NCBI GenBank assembly: GCA_002483445.1
Contig: DLHY01000054.1
Coordinates: 9,149 to 73,148 of the forward strand
Reading direction: 5' to 3'
DNA length: 64,000 nt
DNA from: Blastocatellia bacterium UBA7656
GTDB lineage: Bacteria; Acidobacteriota; Blastocatellia; UBA7656
This document shows, piece after piece, positions 41,223 to 51,181 of this stretch. The translations under genes were made by a program, and so were the position numbers. How positions within the stretch are numbered: position 1 is the stretch's first letter; each line of letters starts with the position of its first letter. Below the pieces are notes generated by a model that worked only from the letters and a program-made list of their open reading frames with translations, had not been told where the DNA came from and searched no databases.

Positions 41223-43876
41223 TGAAACTCAATGGTCGTTTCGTGATACTGACCGCCTGCCTGATCGTCCTCAGCCTCGCGCTGGCGCACGGCTCGATCA
41301 ACCGCGCCAAGCTCGGACAGACTCGCAACGTCGCCCTGCCCTCTTACGCGATACTCGATGAGCGAACTGAGCCGATAATCGCTTCGAGCGGCAAGACGGG
41401 ATTCGTCTCATCCGTGACGGCAGGGGCGGTAGTAGCCTTCAGCGTGACAACGGGCCGGGTAATCTCGACGATGGTCGTTGGCGAAACGGCAGGGCCGATC
41501 TCGATGATCCAAACCGAAGGCCGCAGGCTCATCGCGGTTCCTTCGGCGAACAACCCCGCGGCAGGGCATCCGGCGACGGTGAGCATAATCGATGCGACGA
41601 GCGCGAAACGAATGGAGTTGCGCGCGCTCATCGCGCTTCCCTCTTCGGCTCAGATAACCACAGCCACACGCGCTCTGATGACGGGCGACGGGCGTTTCTG
41701 CCTCATAGCGTCGAGCTTCGAAGAGCCTGCGCTTTATGTATTCAAAGTGGACACGGGCGAAGTAGTCTCTCAGTTGTCGCTCGTCGGGCGGCCATCAGAG
41801 ATCGCGCTTTACGAAAGCGGCGCGACGAGTAAAGTAGCCGTCGCAAGCGCAGTGTCGAACTCTCTTTCTTTGATCCGGCTCGACGAAGAAGGGCAATTGA
41901 GTCTCGCAGGAAGTTTCAGCCCGTCGGACGCTCGACTCGATGAGTGGAATAATCCGGCTTTCAGTCACGACGGGCAGGAAGTTTATATAGCCGCTCTGGC
42001 TGGCGATCAGTTATTTTGCGTCAATGCCGGAAACGGCGCTTTGATCGCGAACATCGAGGTTGAATCGCCCCAGCGAGTAAGCGTGACGAGAGACGCGAAG
42101 GGAACGGACATTGCTGGAGTGACTCGCATAAGACGGCCCACGAGCTATCGTCCGGGCGGCGCGACAATAATTGACAAGCAGGGGCAGCGGCTTTCGGTTC
42201 GCGCGGAGTTCAACACTCCTGACGGGATAGATTTCACTCGTGCCAACAATCTGGTTTTTGACAGCCTCGGAGAAGTGGCTTTCATCGGTTCATCTTCAGG
42301 GATGCTCTTCGCTTTCAACACCACATCGGGCGAGTTGGACTCTTTCCAGTCGATAGGCGGCTCTCTGGGCGGGCTTGGGTTGAGCGAAAAAGGGCGCGCT
42401 TTAGCTGTCGTGCGCTCTTCGTCGAGCGGCGATGAAGTGGTCATAGTCGGGTTCGATCTCACAAGCTCAGAAGAGTCAGAGCCTGGGCCTGAAATCACGA
42501 GGCTCGATCCTGCAATGGTCGAGCAGGGCCGACTGAAAAATCTTCGCCTGCGAGTGATCGGCCAGAATTTCACCGAAGGCGCATCCTTGATAGTCAACAA
42601 CGATGTGGAAACGGCAGCCGAACTTCTGAAGGGCGGGCGCGCGCTCGAAGCCAGACTGCCCAAATCTCTGTTCGATAATCCGGGAATGATTCAGATACGA
42701 GCCAAAGGCGCGAACGGCGCTGTTTCAAATGCGCTCTTCCTCAGTGTCGTCCCTCCCGAAGCGCCGATAATTGATCGCATAAGGCCGAAAGACGTTCCCG
42801 GCCCGAGCGATCCGTTTACTCTGAAAGTCACGGGAAAAAACTTCCGGGCAAGCTCCGTGATCATCGTCGACGATCACAGGCTCAACACCCAGCGCGTGAG
42901 CAACCGCGAGCTTCGCGCGCAGGTCGGGGCGGAAACAGCCAGTCAGCTAGGCCAACACAAGGTTCGCGTCGGAGACCTGCTCGTGACTGATCTGGTGTCG
43001 AACGAAACGAGTTTCGAGCTTTTCGGCCCGCGGATAACGGAACTCAAGCCAGCCGTCGAAGCGGTGGTCGCGGGCGGGGGCGGATTCAAATTGAGGATCA
43101 TAGGCGAGAACTTCCGCTCTGGCGCGATAGTCAGGATAAACGGCGAGAAGATTCCTTCATCGCAGATGATACGTCAATCGGGAACCTCGATCAGGGTGAG
43201 TGTGTCGAGGCGGATGGTCGAGCGGGCAGGCAAGCTTTCGGTAGTGGTTCGCAACCGGGAAGGCGGCGAGTCTGAGCCGAAGGAGTTTGATGCCTTCGCG
43301 CCTCAGATCAAAATGTTCCTCCCCGGCAAGGTGCTTGCGGGGCGGTCGGATGTGAAGGTGGATATTCGCGGCGAGCATTTCCGCAAAAAGGCGCAGGTTT
43401 TAATAAATGATGCGCGCCTGGAGAAGCGAAGCGTGAAATTCCGATCAAGGACGCGAATCGTTGTGACGCTGGCAGGAGAGTTGAATGAATTGTTGTCTCA
43501 GCCTGGAGTGCTGAAATTTCAGGTAGTCAATCCGAATAAATCCACCGGCGTACCCTCCGAACCGAGCGACCTTGAAGTCGCGGGGCCGGAAATCAGCGAG
43601 GCGATCATAGTGCCTGTCACAGATGACAACTCGCAGGTGAAGATCGTGATAAGGGGGGCAAACTTTCGCTCCGGAGCCAGAGTCCTGTTCGTCAAAGACG
43701 ATGCAGTTGTTCGCCGACAGGACGCCGAACGAGTGCGCGAAGACCAGATGATAGTCACCTTGAAGGTCAAAAAGCTGGACGCTTTAGGCGACTTCCAGTT
43801 GCGAGTCGTCAATCCCGGCAACGTGCGCTCGAACGCCGAGCGCCCCCGTCCGGGCGAGCAGACGGAAGATCGGTAG
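41223..43876 (+). CDS. secreted beta-propeller (YVTN-like) plus tandem IPT/TIG-domain protein
   Basis: Signal/TM, N-terminal propeller-like repeats, then about five IPT/TIG-like modules (ITRLDP..., IDRIRP..., ITELKP..., ISEAII...). GTG start at 41223 is a guess. Confidence 0.55.
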
Positions 43877-43879
43877 CTG

Positions 43880-43970
43880 AGAATCGAAGAGTGGGAAGAA
43901 AAGAGTGGGGGAATGGGAGAGTGGGAGATGAAAACCCATTCCCCCATTCTCCCACTCCCCCATTCTCCCA
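43880..43970. repeat. G-rich REP-like palindromic element (GGGAGAGTGGGAGATGAAAACCCATTCCCCCATTCTCCCACTCCC)
   Basis: Related to 19103-19145; sits between the IPT-protein stop and the rnpB promoter. Confidence 0.5.
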
Positions 43971-43994
43971 TTCCTGCTCTCACCTCTTCACCCT

Positions 43995-44024
43995 TTCATC
44001 CGCGTCCGTGTAGTGTGCTATACT
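43995..44024 (+). promoter_or_regulatory. candidate sigma70-type promoter for rnpB (TTCATC-N18-TATACT)
   Basis: Hexamers read from the sequence about 10-15 nt upstream of the proposed P1 stem. Confidence 0.35.
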
Positions 44025-44039
44025 CACGCCTGAGTTTGA

Positions 44040-44520
44040 GGAGTGGGTTGGGCGGTCGCCCTTTTGAGATTTCAGATTTGAAATTTCAAATTTGAAATTT
44101 CAGAAGCGGAGGAAAGTCCGAACACCACAGAGCGGCGGACTGGCTAACGGCCAGGCGGGGCGACCCGACGACAAGTGCAACAGAGAATAGACCAGCCGAT
44201 GGCTTCGCAAGAAGATCAGGTGATGGGTGAAACGGTGGGGCCGCGAGGCTTAATGTAAGAGCCCACCAGCACGGGTGGCGACACCTCGTGGCTAGGCAAA
44301 CTCTCCGCGGTGCAAGACCAAATAGGGAGGCGTTCGAGGGCGGCTCGCCCGAAACGCGCGAGCGTAGCCGCTCAGGCGGAAATGCTCAAGCGTTACGACC
44401 TCCGGGTAGGTCGCTTGAGCGGCGGAGCAATCCGTCGCCCAGATGAATGATCGCCGCTTGCTCTTAGGCATTCGTGCTGAAAAGCGGGTACAGGATTCGG
44501 CTTACAGACCCACTCCAAAA
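44040..44520 (+). ncRNA. rnpB: RNase P RNA (bacterial type A)
   Basis: Universally conserved blocks: GGAGGAAAGTCCG (P4), ACAGAGA, GTAAGAGCCCACCAG, CAAGACCAAATAGGG, GGGTAGGTCGCTTGAG, AGATGAATGATCGCC, ACAGGATTCGGCTTA. P1 can pair GGAGTGGGT (44040-44048) with ACCCACTCC near 44505. Ends are about +/-30 nt. Confidence 0.8.
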
Positions 44521-44544
44521 ACACAACCTCCTGTGGAGATAAAA

Positions 44545-45252
44545 GTGAATAAGAACAAATATCTTTTCGCCCTGATAGGACTACTCGCCGGGTTTCTCAT
44601 AAGCTATTACGCGACAAAATCGATAAATGAAAGTTCGGCGGGGGCTGCTCCCCGAACTCCTGCGGGCGCGCCCGCCGGCGGTCAGAATCAGCAGGCGATG
44701 ATGGGCGATGTGCGCGCTGTGATTGAAAAGGCAAAAAACAACCCGCAGGATTTCGAAGCGCAGGTCGCTGCGGCAAGCGTTCATGCTCAGATAGGCAGAA
44801 GCAAGGAGGCTGTCGAACTGCTTGAGAAAGCTTATCAGATCAATCCCGTAGAGCTTGGCAAACTCGAAGGCGCTGTCGGGTTTATAGGTCAGTATTATCT
44901 TAAAGAGAAAAACTTCTCTGAGGCGGAAAAATGGTTCCGTCGAGGACTGGAATTGCAGCCCAATGAAATCGAATTGCACATAGAGCTTGCCACCGCCTTA
45001 CTTGAGCGCGAGCCTCCCGCGCCCGACAAGGCGATTGCGCCTCTTGAGCAGGCATTGAAGATTCAACCTAAAAACGGTCACGCGCTCGGACATCTCGTCG
45101 AGGCTTATCTCCTGAAAAAAGACGTCCGCACTGCTGAAGATACTCTGGGCAGACTCCGAGAAGCCGAGCCTGCCAATAAGAGAATCTCAATCTATCAAAA
45201 TCTGATAGCAGACCTTAAAGCGGGCAAACCTATAACGATCCCGAAAGAGTAA
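44545..45252 (+). CDS. TPR-repeat protein with N-terminal TM anchor
   Basis: GTG at 44545 after GGAGAT, in frame with the track ORF; TM helix then TPR-like repeats. The upstream part of track ORF 44443 overlaps rnpB and is rejected. Confidence 0.6.
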   Translation: MNKNKYLFALIGLLAGFLISYYATKSINESSAGAAPRTPAGAPAGGQNQQAMMGDVRAVIEKAKNNPQDFEAQVAAASVHAQIGRSKEAVELLEKAYQINPVELGKLEGAVGFIGQYYLKEKNFSEAEKWFRRGLELQPNEIELHIELATALLEREPPAPDKAIAPLEQALKIQPKNGHALGHLVEAYLLKKDVRTAEDTLGRLREAEPANKRISIYQNLIADLKAGKPITIPKE

Positions 45253-45267
45253 CCGGCAAGGTGACGT

Positions 45268-45516
45268 GTGCTGCTGAGGATAATAATCATCTGCCTCATC
45301 GCGCTCTGGATTTATCGCTTCGTCCGTCGCCTGCTTCCACCTCCGCCTCATCGTCCTTCGAGAGTCGGCAATCGTCCCGCGCCGGCGGTTCGCGCGGAGA
45401 TGCTCAGATGCGGCTCCTGTGGGATGTTTATCACCAGAGCGAGCGCGATCATGTCAGACCAGACGCCTTACTGTTCGATGGACTGCGCCCGAAACACAGC
45501 CAAGCAGCGTTCCTGA
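45268..45516 (+). CDS. small membrane-anchored zinc-ribbon (TRASH/YHS-like) protein
   Basis: N-terminal TM helix, Pro-rich linker, CxxC-X17-CxxxC; preferred over the overlapping ORF 45261-45584. Confidence 0.35.
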   Translation: MLLRIIIICLIALWIYRFVRRLLPPPPHRPSRVGNRPAPAVRAEMLRCGSCGMFITRASAIMSDQTPYCSMDCARNTAKQRS

Positions 45517-45731
45517 TGTCGTTGAACAGGTTTTTGTCATATCGAAAAATTTTTGCAGTGTTTTCCGAAAAGATTCCGTCTTAATGATTAGAGGGGAAAA
45601 ACGAAAGCCCCTCTGACAGCAAAACGATTTCGGTGCATGGGTTATGGTTCTTTCTTTAATCTTCTACTGCCGCTCGCCCTTGTCAGAAGCCGAGAAGCTG
45701 AATTTTATTTTTTAGAAAGGCATGATTCATT

Positions 45732-46712
45732 ATGAGTTTGCGAGACGCGGTCAATTCATTTCTGGGTAGAAAGAATGACTCGGAAATTTCAGAGTGTCCC
45801 CGCGAACCGGATATTCTTTCCTACATCGAAGACAGATTCCCGACTGACAAACGCGCGCAGATGGAATCACATTTCACAAAATGCCCCAACTGCCGTGAAT
45901 TTCTGGCGATTTTTTCCCGCGTGTCTGAAGAATATATCGAAGGTTCATCCGCGCCCCCATCTGAAGAAGAGGTAAAGGCGCAAACAGCCCTGGTGCTTGA
46001 TGAAATCAGAAAAGACGAATCGAAGCACCAGGCTCTTTCTCCCGAGCCGCCCCCCCGGCCTGGAGTATATGTTCCGTACTGGCAGCTTGCCGCTGCAGCC
46101 TCCTTCATCATAGTCATCGCTGTCGCTGTTTACTGGCGCACCCGTGAGCCGTCGCCTGATCAATTCGCTATGCAATCGCTGGCTCTGACGATGAAAGATA
46201 AAAGGCCCGTCGAGCCGCGAATGTCGGGCGGGTTCGCCCGGTCCGAATACGCGCCGACTCGCGGAGAGGAAAACAGCGACCGATTGAAGATCGAAACCGC
46301 GATCAGACGCATGGACTTTGCCAGATCGCCTTCAGCCCCTCAGAAGGCTCGATTGGTTCTGGCGAGGCTTTATCTCGCCAGCGGCAGAGAAAATGCCGAG
46401 CGCGCGCTTTCGATCCTCAGCGAGATGGACTCCACCGGCAAGGCTTCAGCCGAATCGCTCAACGATCTGGGCGTGGCGATGTTTGAGATGGAGCGATTTG
46501 AAGAAGCCGTTGACGCTTTCACCCGTGCGCTCCAAAAATCGCCTGGTTTCGAGGAAGCCATATTCAACAGGGCGCTGGCAAATAATCGGGCAGGGCGTTA
46601 CGCAGAAGCTCGCCAGGACTGGCAGGAGTTCATCAACAAATCATCGGACGAGCATTGGAAAATTGAAGCTCAACGACATCTCGATTTGACGCCCCTCTCT
46701 CCCTCTCGTTAA
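45732..46712 (+). CDS. anti-sigma factor-like protein (zf-HC2 zinc finger, TM, TPR)
   Basis: HFTKCPNCREF zf-HC2 motif, single TM, TPR-like C-terminus; no ECF sigma factor adjacent. Confidence 0.6.
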   Translation: MSLRDAVNSFLGRKNDSEISECPREPDILSYIEDRFPTDKRAQMESHFTKCPNCREFLAIFSRVSEEYIEGSSAPPSEEEVKAQTALVLDEIRKDESKHQALSPEPPPRPGVYVPYWQLAAAASFIIVIAVAVYWRTREPSPDQFAMQSLALTMKDKRPVEPRMSGGFARSEYAPTRGEENSDRLKIETAIRRMDFARSPSAPQKARLVLARLYLASGRENAERALSILSEMDSTGKASAESLNDLGVAMFEMERFEEAVDAFTRALQKSPGFEEAIFNRALANNRAGRYAEARQDWQEFINKSSDEHWKIEAQRHLDLTPLSPSR

Positions 46713-46763
46713 CTTCAGCCCCCAATATGAATGAAATCGGCGCAGGCAAGCCTGCGCCTTTTT

Positions 46764-48593
46764 TTATTTGAGCCAGGCCTCGCCTATCGTCGCATCGACG
46801 CTTACCGGGACGCTGCGAATGAACTCACGGGCGGCGGCGACCATCTCGCGCTCGACCGCGCGGGCGCACTCTTCGGCTTCGCCTTCGGCGACTTCCACGA
46901 CGATTTCATCATGCACGCAGTTGACTATCCGCGCGTCGAATTGCTTCAGCGCGTCGTAGAGAAGCGCGAGCGCGCGCTTGAGCATATCCGCATTCGAACC
47001 CTGAAGAGGACTGTTCTTGCCTATCCGCTGAGTGGCCGCGACCTGCGCGCGGTCTTCCTGATCGAAAGTGAAACAGATCAGCCGCCCCGCCCGCGTGCGA
47101 GTCTGGCGGTCATGGACTGCGCGGTCAGCGGCATCGCGCAGCCACGCGGCTACTCCGCTGTAGGCCGCGAAATATTTTCGAATCAATCCCTCGGCTTCTT
47201 CCGCCGTGCAATCGATTCGCGCCGCAAGTCCCTGCGCGCCAAGTCCGTACATCAGGCCGTAGTTCAATTGCTTGGCTGCCGCGCGCTGATCTTTCCTCAC
47301 CTCATCGAGCGGCACATCAAACATCTGACTCGCCGTCACCGAGTGCAAATCCTCGCCCGACATCAGAGCTTTAACCAGCGCCGTATCCTGCGACCAGTCG
47401 GCAAGTATTCGCAACTCGATCTGCGAATAATCGGCGGTCACTATCTTCCGCCCTGCGGGAGCGCGAAAACAGGAGCGATATTCGGGAGTGTTCGGAATCT
47501 GCTGCATGTTCGGATTGCTGCAACTCATTCGCCCGCCCATCGCGCCTATCTGATGAAAGTCGGAATGTATCCGGCCCGTCGCCTTATGCACATGATCGAG
47601 AATAGTCGTCCCGTAGCTTGAAAGCGCCTTCTGTACGCTGCGATATTCGAGCAGCTTTCTGACAACAGGATGCTTGTCGGCGAGCGGTTGAAGCTCAAGG
47701 TTGCGCGTGCCTTCGACCTTGATGCCCAGGCGTTTGAGCGCATCGACGATTTGCGCGGGGCTGTCCAGGTTGATGTTCACTTCGCCAAAGAGGGTCATCT
47801 GTTGCACGCCCGCCGCAAGCTCGCGCTTCAGGTCGGATGAAAGTATCTCGTGCGCGCGCTCGACGCCTTCGACCAGATTGCGCCAGCAATCAGTGTCTAT
47901 AGGCATCCCGGCTATCTCCATAGCGGCAAGCGGGAGAGCGCATTCGAATTCGATTCGGGCCACTTCTTCAAGACCAAGCTCGATGATTCTTTGTTCGAGT
48001 CGCTCTCTGAGCGGAAGAAGCAGCGCGGCATCCTTCGCCGCGTATTCGTATTGAATATCGCTCAAATTCTTCGACCAGTCGCTCACCTGCTGAGTCTTGT
48101 CAACGCTCACGCCGAGATATCTTTCAACCACGCCAGCAAGAGAGTGACTTCCTTCGCTTCGGCCGGCGGAAATCATCTGGCTCGAAAGCAGAGTGTCGAA
48201 GACTCCCCGCACTTCCAGATTGAAATGATGCAAGAGCATCTTCATATCGAATTTCGAGTGATGGAGAACCTTCGTCGCAGACGCGCTTGAAAGAACTTCG
48301 CGCAGTGCGGCGTTTGCGAGCGCATCGACTTTGAACAGATCGAATATGAAGACGTGATCAGGAGTGGAGATTTGAAGCAGTCGCACGCGGCTCGTGTATG
48401 GATCGAGTCCGGTGGTTTCAGTATCGACGCCTATCGCCCGGTGCCGAGCTATTTCGCGCGTCGCGCTTTCAATCTGCGAGTCGTTTTCTATGAGCGTGTA
48501 AACAGTATCGGTCACTTTCGGCCTTTCCTCGCAGCGCGCAAACTTGAGAAAGCTCTTCGCGCCCGATATAGTTGGAAATTCTCGCACAATCAT
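46764..48593 (-). CDS. family-A DNA polymerase with 3'-5' exonuclease domain, lacking the 5'-nuclease domain
   Basis: DnaQ-like exo motifs (IGVDTETTGLDP) and PolA motifs A (DYSQIELR), B (RAAAKQLNYGLMYG), C (VHDEIVVEV); 609 aa. Confidence 0.8.
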   Translation of the reverse strand: MIVREFPTISGAKSFLKFARCEERPKVTDTVYTLIENDSQIESATREIARHRAIGVDTETTGLDPYTSRVRLLQISTPDHVFIFDLFKVDALANAALREVLSSASATKVLHHSKFDMKMLLHHFNLEVRGVFDTLLSSQMISAGRSEGSHSLAGVVERYLGVSVDKTQQVSDWSKNLSDIQYEYAAKDAALLLPLRERLEQRIIELGLEEVARIEFECALPLAAMEIAGMPIDTDCWRNLVEGVERAHEILSSDLKRELAAGVQQMTLFGEVNINLDSPAQIVDALKRLGIKVEGTRNLELQPLADKHPVVRKLLEYRSVQKALSSYGTTILDHVHKATGRIHSDFHQIGAMGGRMSCSNPNMQQIPNTPEYRSCFRAPAGRKIVTADYSQIELRILADWSQDTALVKALMSGEDLHSVTASQMFDVPLDEVRKDQRAAAKQLNYGLMYGLGAQGLAARIDCTAEEAEGLIRKYFAAYSGVAAWLRDAADRAVHDRQTRTRAGRLICFTFDQEDRAQVAATQRIGKNSPLQGSNADMLKRALALLYDALKQFDARIVNCVHDEIVVEVAEGEAEECARAVEREMVAAAREFIRSVPVSVDATIGEAWLK

Positions 48594-48644
48594 AAGTCAG
48601 TGGCCAGATGTTAGTTGAAGATTCTGTGCTGACATCGGCTCAGG

Positions 48645-49991
48645 GTGATAACGATGAGTGATACGGAGAGTCGATTCAGGCAAAGGCGCGAAGAATTCAT
48701 GCAGCGCATACGCGGCGGAGCGGCCCTGTTTCCTGCCGCGCCGACCGCGATTCGCAATGGCGATGTCGAGCATGAGTACAGGCAGGACACGGATTTTTAT
48801 TACCTGACCGGATTCGAAGAGCCGGGCGCTCTCGCCGTCCTCACGCCTGATCACCCGGAGCATAAATTCGTCCTCTTCGTTCAGCCCAAAGACCGCGAGA
48901 AAGAAGTGTGGACGGGATGGCGCGCGGGCGAAGAAGGAGCCGTGCGCGACTATTCAGCAGACAAAGCTTTCACTATCGACAAGCTCGGAGAAGAACTTCC
49001 CCGCCTGATCGAAAAGACGGATCGCGTTTATTATCGCTTCGGCTCAGACCCGACTTTCGATGAAAGAATGATAGGGCTGATGCGCCGCTTTCAACGCCAG
49101 CGTCAGCGCGAAGGCTACGGCCCGACTTCCGTAATCGACCCGGCTGAGATGCTTCACGAGATGCGGCTCGTTAAAACCGCAGACGAGCTTTCATTGCTTC
49201 GCCAAGCAGTCGAGATAAGTTGCAACGGGCATCTGGCGGCTATCGAAGCGATCCGCCCCGGAGTTTACGAGTACGAAATCGAAGCCGCGCTTCGTTACAC
49301 GTTTCGACGCGAGGGAAGCCCACGCTGCGGATACGCGCCCATAGTCGCATCGGGCGCAAACGCGACGGTGCTGCACTACACGACGAACAACAGAAGAGTC
49401 GAAGACGGCGACCTCGTGCTGATCGATGCGGGAACTGAATTCGGCTACTACACGGGAGACATAACGAGGACGTATCCGGCAAACGGGCGATTCACCGCAG
49501 AGCAGGCAGCGATTTATAACCTTGTGCTTGAAGCTCAACTGGAAGCGATCAAAGCGGTGAGACCGGGCGAGACATTCATCCATCCGCACGAGCGCGCGCT
49601 CCGAGTGTTGGTCGAAGGCATGTTGAAAATGGGCTTGCTCGAAGGCGAAGCGGAAGAAGTGATCAAGGAAGAGAAATATAAAAAGTTTTACATGCACCGG
49701 ACGAGTCACTGGCTGGGGATGGACGTTCACGACGCAGGGCCATACAAAGTGGCGGACGAATGGCGGAGGCTTGAGCCGGGGATGGTTTTGACCATCGAGC
49801 CGGGAATTTATATCGCTCAGGACACTGAAGGGGTTGATACGCGATATCTCGGCATCGGAGTGCGAATAGAAGACGATGTGCTGGTGACTCGTGACGGCAA
49901 TGAAGTGCTGTCGGCTCGCGTCCCGAAAAGTATTGAAGAGATCGAAGCCGTGCTAGATGCTTGCGCCTACCGGCGAGGCGAAAAGGTATAG
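48645..49991 (+). CDS. pepP: Xaa-Pro aminopeptidase (M24B)
   Basis: AMP_N domain plus M24 catalytic domain (HRTSHWLGMDVHD, metal ligands). Confidence 0.8.
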   Translation: MITMSDTESRFRQRREEFMQRIRGGAALFPAAPTAIRNGDVEHEYRQDTDFYYLTGFEEPGALAVLTPDHPEHKFVLFVQPKDREKEVWTGWRAGEEGAVRDYSADKAFTIDKLGEELPRLIEKTDRVYYRFGSDPTFDERMIGLMRRFQRQRQREGYGPTSVIDPAEMLHEMRLVKTADELSLLRQAVEISCNGHLAAIEAIRPGVYEYEIEAALRYTFRREGSPRCGYAPIVASGANATVLHYTTNNRRVEDGDLVLIDAGTEFGYYTGDITRTYPANGRFTAEQAAIYNLVLEAQLEAIKAVRPGETFIHPHERALRVLVEGMLKMGLLEGEAEEVIKEEKYKKFYMHRTSHWLGMDVHDAGPYKVADEWRRLEPGMVLTIEPGIYIAQDTEGVDTRYLGIGVRIEDDVLVTRDGNEVLSARVPKSIEEIEAVLDACAYRRGEKV

Positions 49992-50022
49992 ACGAACCTG
50001 AATCGAGAGTAAACGTAAAGCC

Positions 50023-50496
50023 ATGACAAAGAATATGAGCCAACAGGAAACAGAAGGGCCTCAAGCCGTTAGAACTATAGCTGAACTTTGTTTGCTTGCA
50101 GGCATGGCAATTCTGTTGCTGTCGCAAGTATTTCTCATCTTTGATTGGAGCAGGTATCTTGCTGCCGCAGGCGCAATCATTTTTGTCTTTGGATATGTTT
50201 TTATCAAACTGATTGCTAAAGAGGGAAAAGTCTGGTCAGTTTTCGACCTATTCTTAATCGTTGGCATAGTCCTAATAGCTGTGGGCGCCTTTTGGAACCG
50301 GACAGTTTTTCTGTTGGGAGGGTTTGCTTTGTTAGCAATGCCAGCGATACCTCACATAATACAATTCGTGAAGGGGGTCAGGAGCTACTTCGTTAAGTCT
50401 TATCGTGAAATTTCACAGAAAGATAGAGATGCAGCGCGTAATAACACCGTGGCTAACAAACGCTCGACCAAAGCGATGAGCGACAGACGGGGCTGA
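50023..50496 (+). CDS. hypothetical 4-TM membrane protein
   Basis: ORF with four hydrophobic helices, in a locally AT-richer segment. Confidence 0.4.
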   Translation: MTKNMSQQETEGPQAVRTIAELCLLAGMAILLLSQVFLIFDWSRYLAAAGAIIFVFGYVFIKLIAKEGKVWSVFDLFLIVGIVLIAVGAFWNRTVFLLGGFALLAMPAIPHIIQFVKGVRSYFVKSYREISQKDRDAARNNTVANKRSTKAMSDRRG

Positions 50497-50525
50497 TCGC
50501 CGCAGGAAATTTTCAGGAGGAACAG

Positions 50526-50915
50526 GTGTTGCACAGACAGATACTCGCCGCATTGTTTGCCTTGATGATTGCGACTGTCGGATTGAGTCGAACTCAGGAT
50601 AGCACGAAGTACGAGCTTTATAGCTGGAAGCAGGGGAACGTATGGTATTACGCGCTTTTTGAAGAAGGAACTCGCGCCGCGGCTTACGAAGAAATCGTTT
50701 CAGAAAAATCGACGATCAAGGGAACAGCCGCGCTTGAAGCCGCTCTCAAAAAACTCCCAAAGGGCAAAGAAATTCTGTGGATGTCGGATGCGCCTCCGGG
50801 CATCGAAAAGCCCAACGGGAAAAATCTGCCTGATCTCAAGCTTCCCTCGCGACAGAGAATCAAGCGAGTGAAAGCCTATTGCGATAGGCTCGGCATAAAA
50901 CTGACGCTGGTTTGA
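50526..50915 (+). CDS. hypothetical secreted protein
   Basis: Signal-peptide-like N-terminus; no recognised domain. Confidence 0.4.
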   Translation: MLHRQILAALFALMIATVGLSRTQDSTKYELYSWKQGNVWYYALFEEGTRAAAYEEIVSEKSTIKGTAALEAALKKLPKGKEILWMSDAPPGIEKPNGKNLPDLKLPSRQRIKRVKAYCDRLGIKLTLV

Positions 50916-51181
50916 TCGCGTCCCCGCCGACGACAATTGTTGGAAATGCTAAATTGAAACTTCAGTGACTCGAAAATATTTCGACCACCCTTTTTGTGGA
51001 CACACAAAAAATCACTGTAAACACAGAGCGTGATCCTTACCGTAAATTCAAGTACCAGCGGCGCTCGTTCAATAATAAATTAACCTCCCTGTTAGAACCT
51101 TGTAACGTCCGCTGGCATCTATGAGTATTCGATTTTTGAGAATATCGAAGAATATCTTTACAGCTTTTGAAAGGTCGCATC

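Noticed and set aside
43519-44095. Track ORFs 43519-43983 (minus) and 43913-44095 (plus), giving MGEWGSGRMGEW... and MGEWEMKTHSPI... peptides
   Set aside because: These are translations of the G-rich REP-like palindrome and the rnpB 5' region, and are not coding.
44443-44544. N-terminal extension of the TPR-protein ORF
   Set aside because: It overlaps the 3' part of rnpB. The start was reassigned to the GTG at 44545, which has an RBS.
45261-45584. Alternative 107-aa ORF overlapping the TRASH-like gene
   Set aside because: Low-complexity Ser/Arg-rich translation. The overlapping frame with a TM helix and CxxC...CxxxC was preferred.
50950-51181. Pho box upstream of the phytase gene
   Set aside because: No pair of CTGTCAT-like direct repeats with 4-nt spacing was found, and the similarity to the PhoB consensus is too weak to call.
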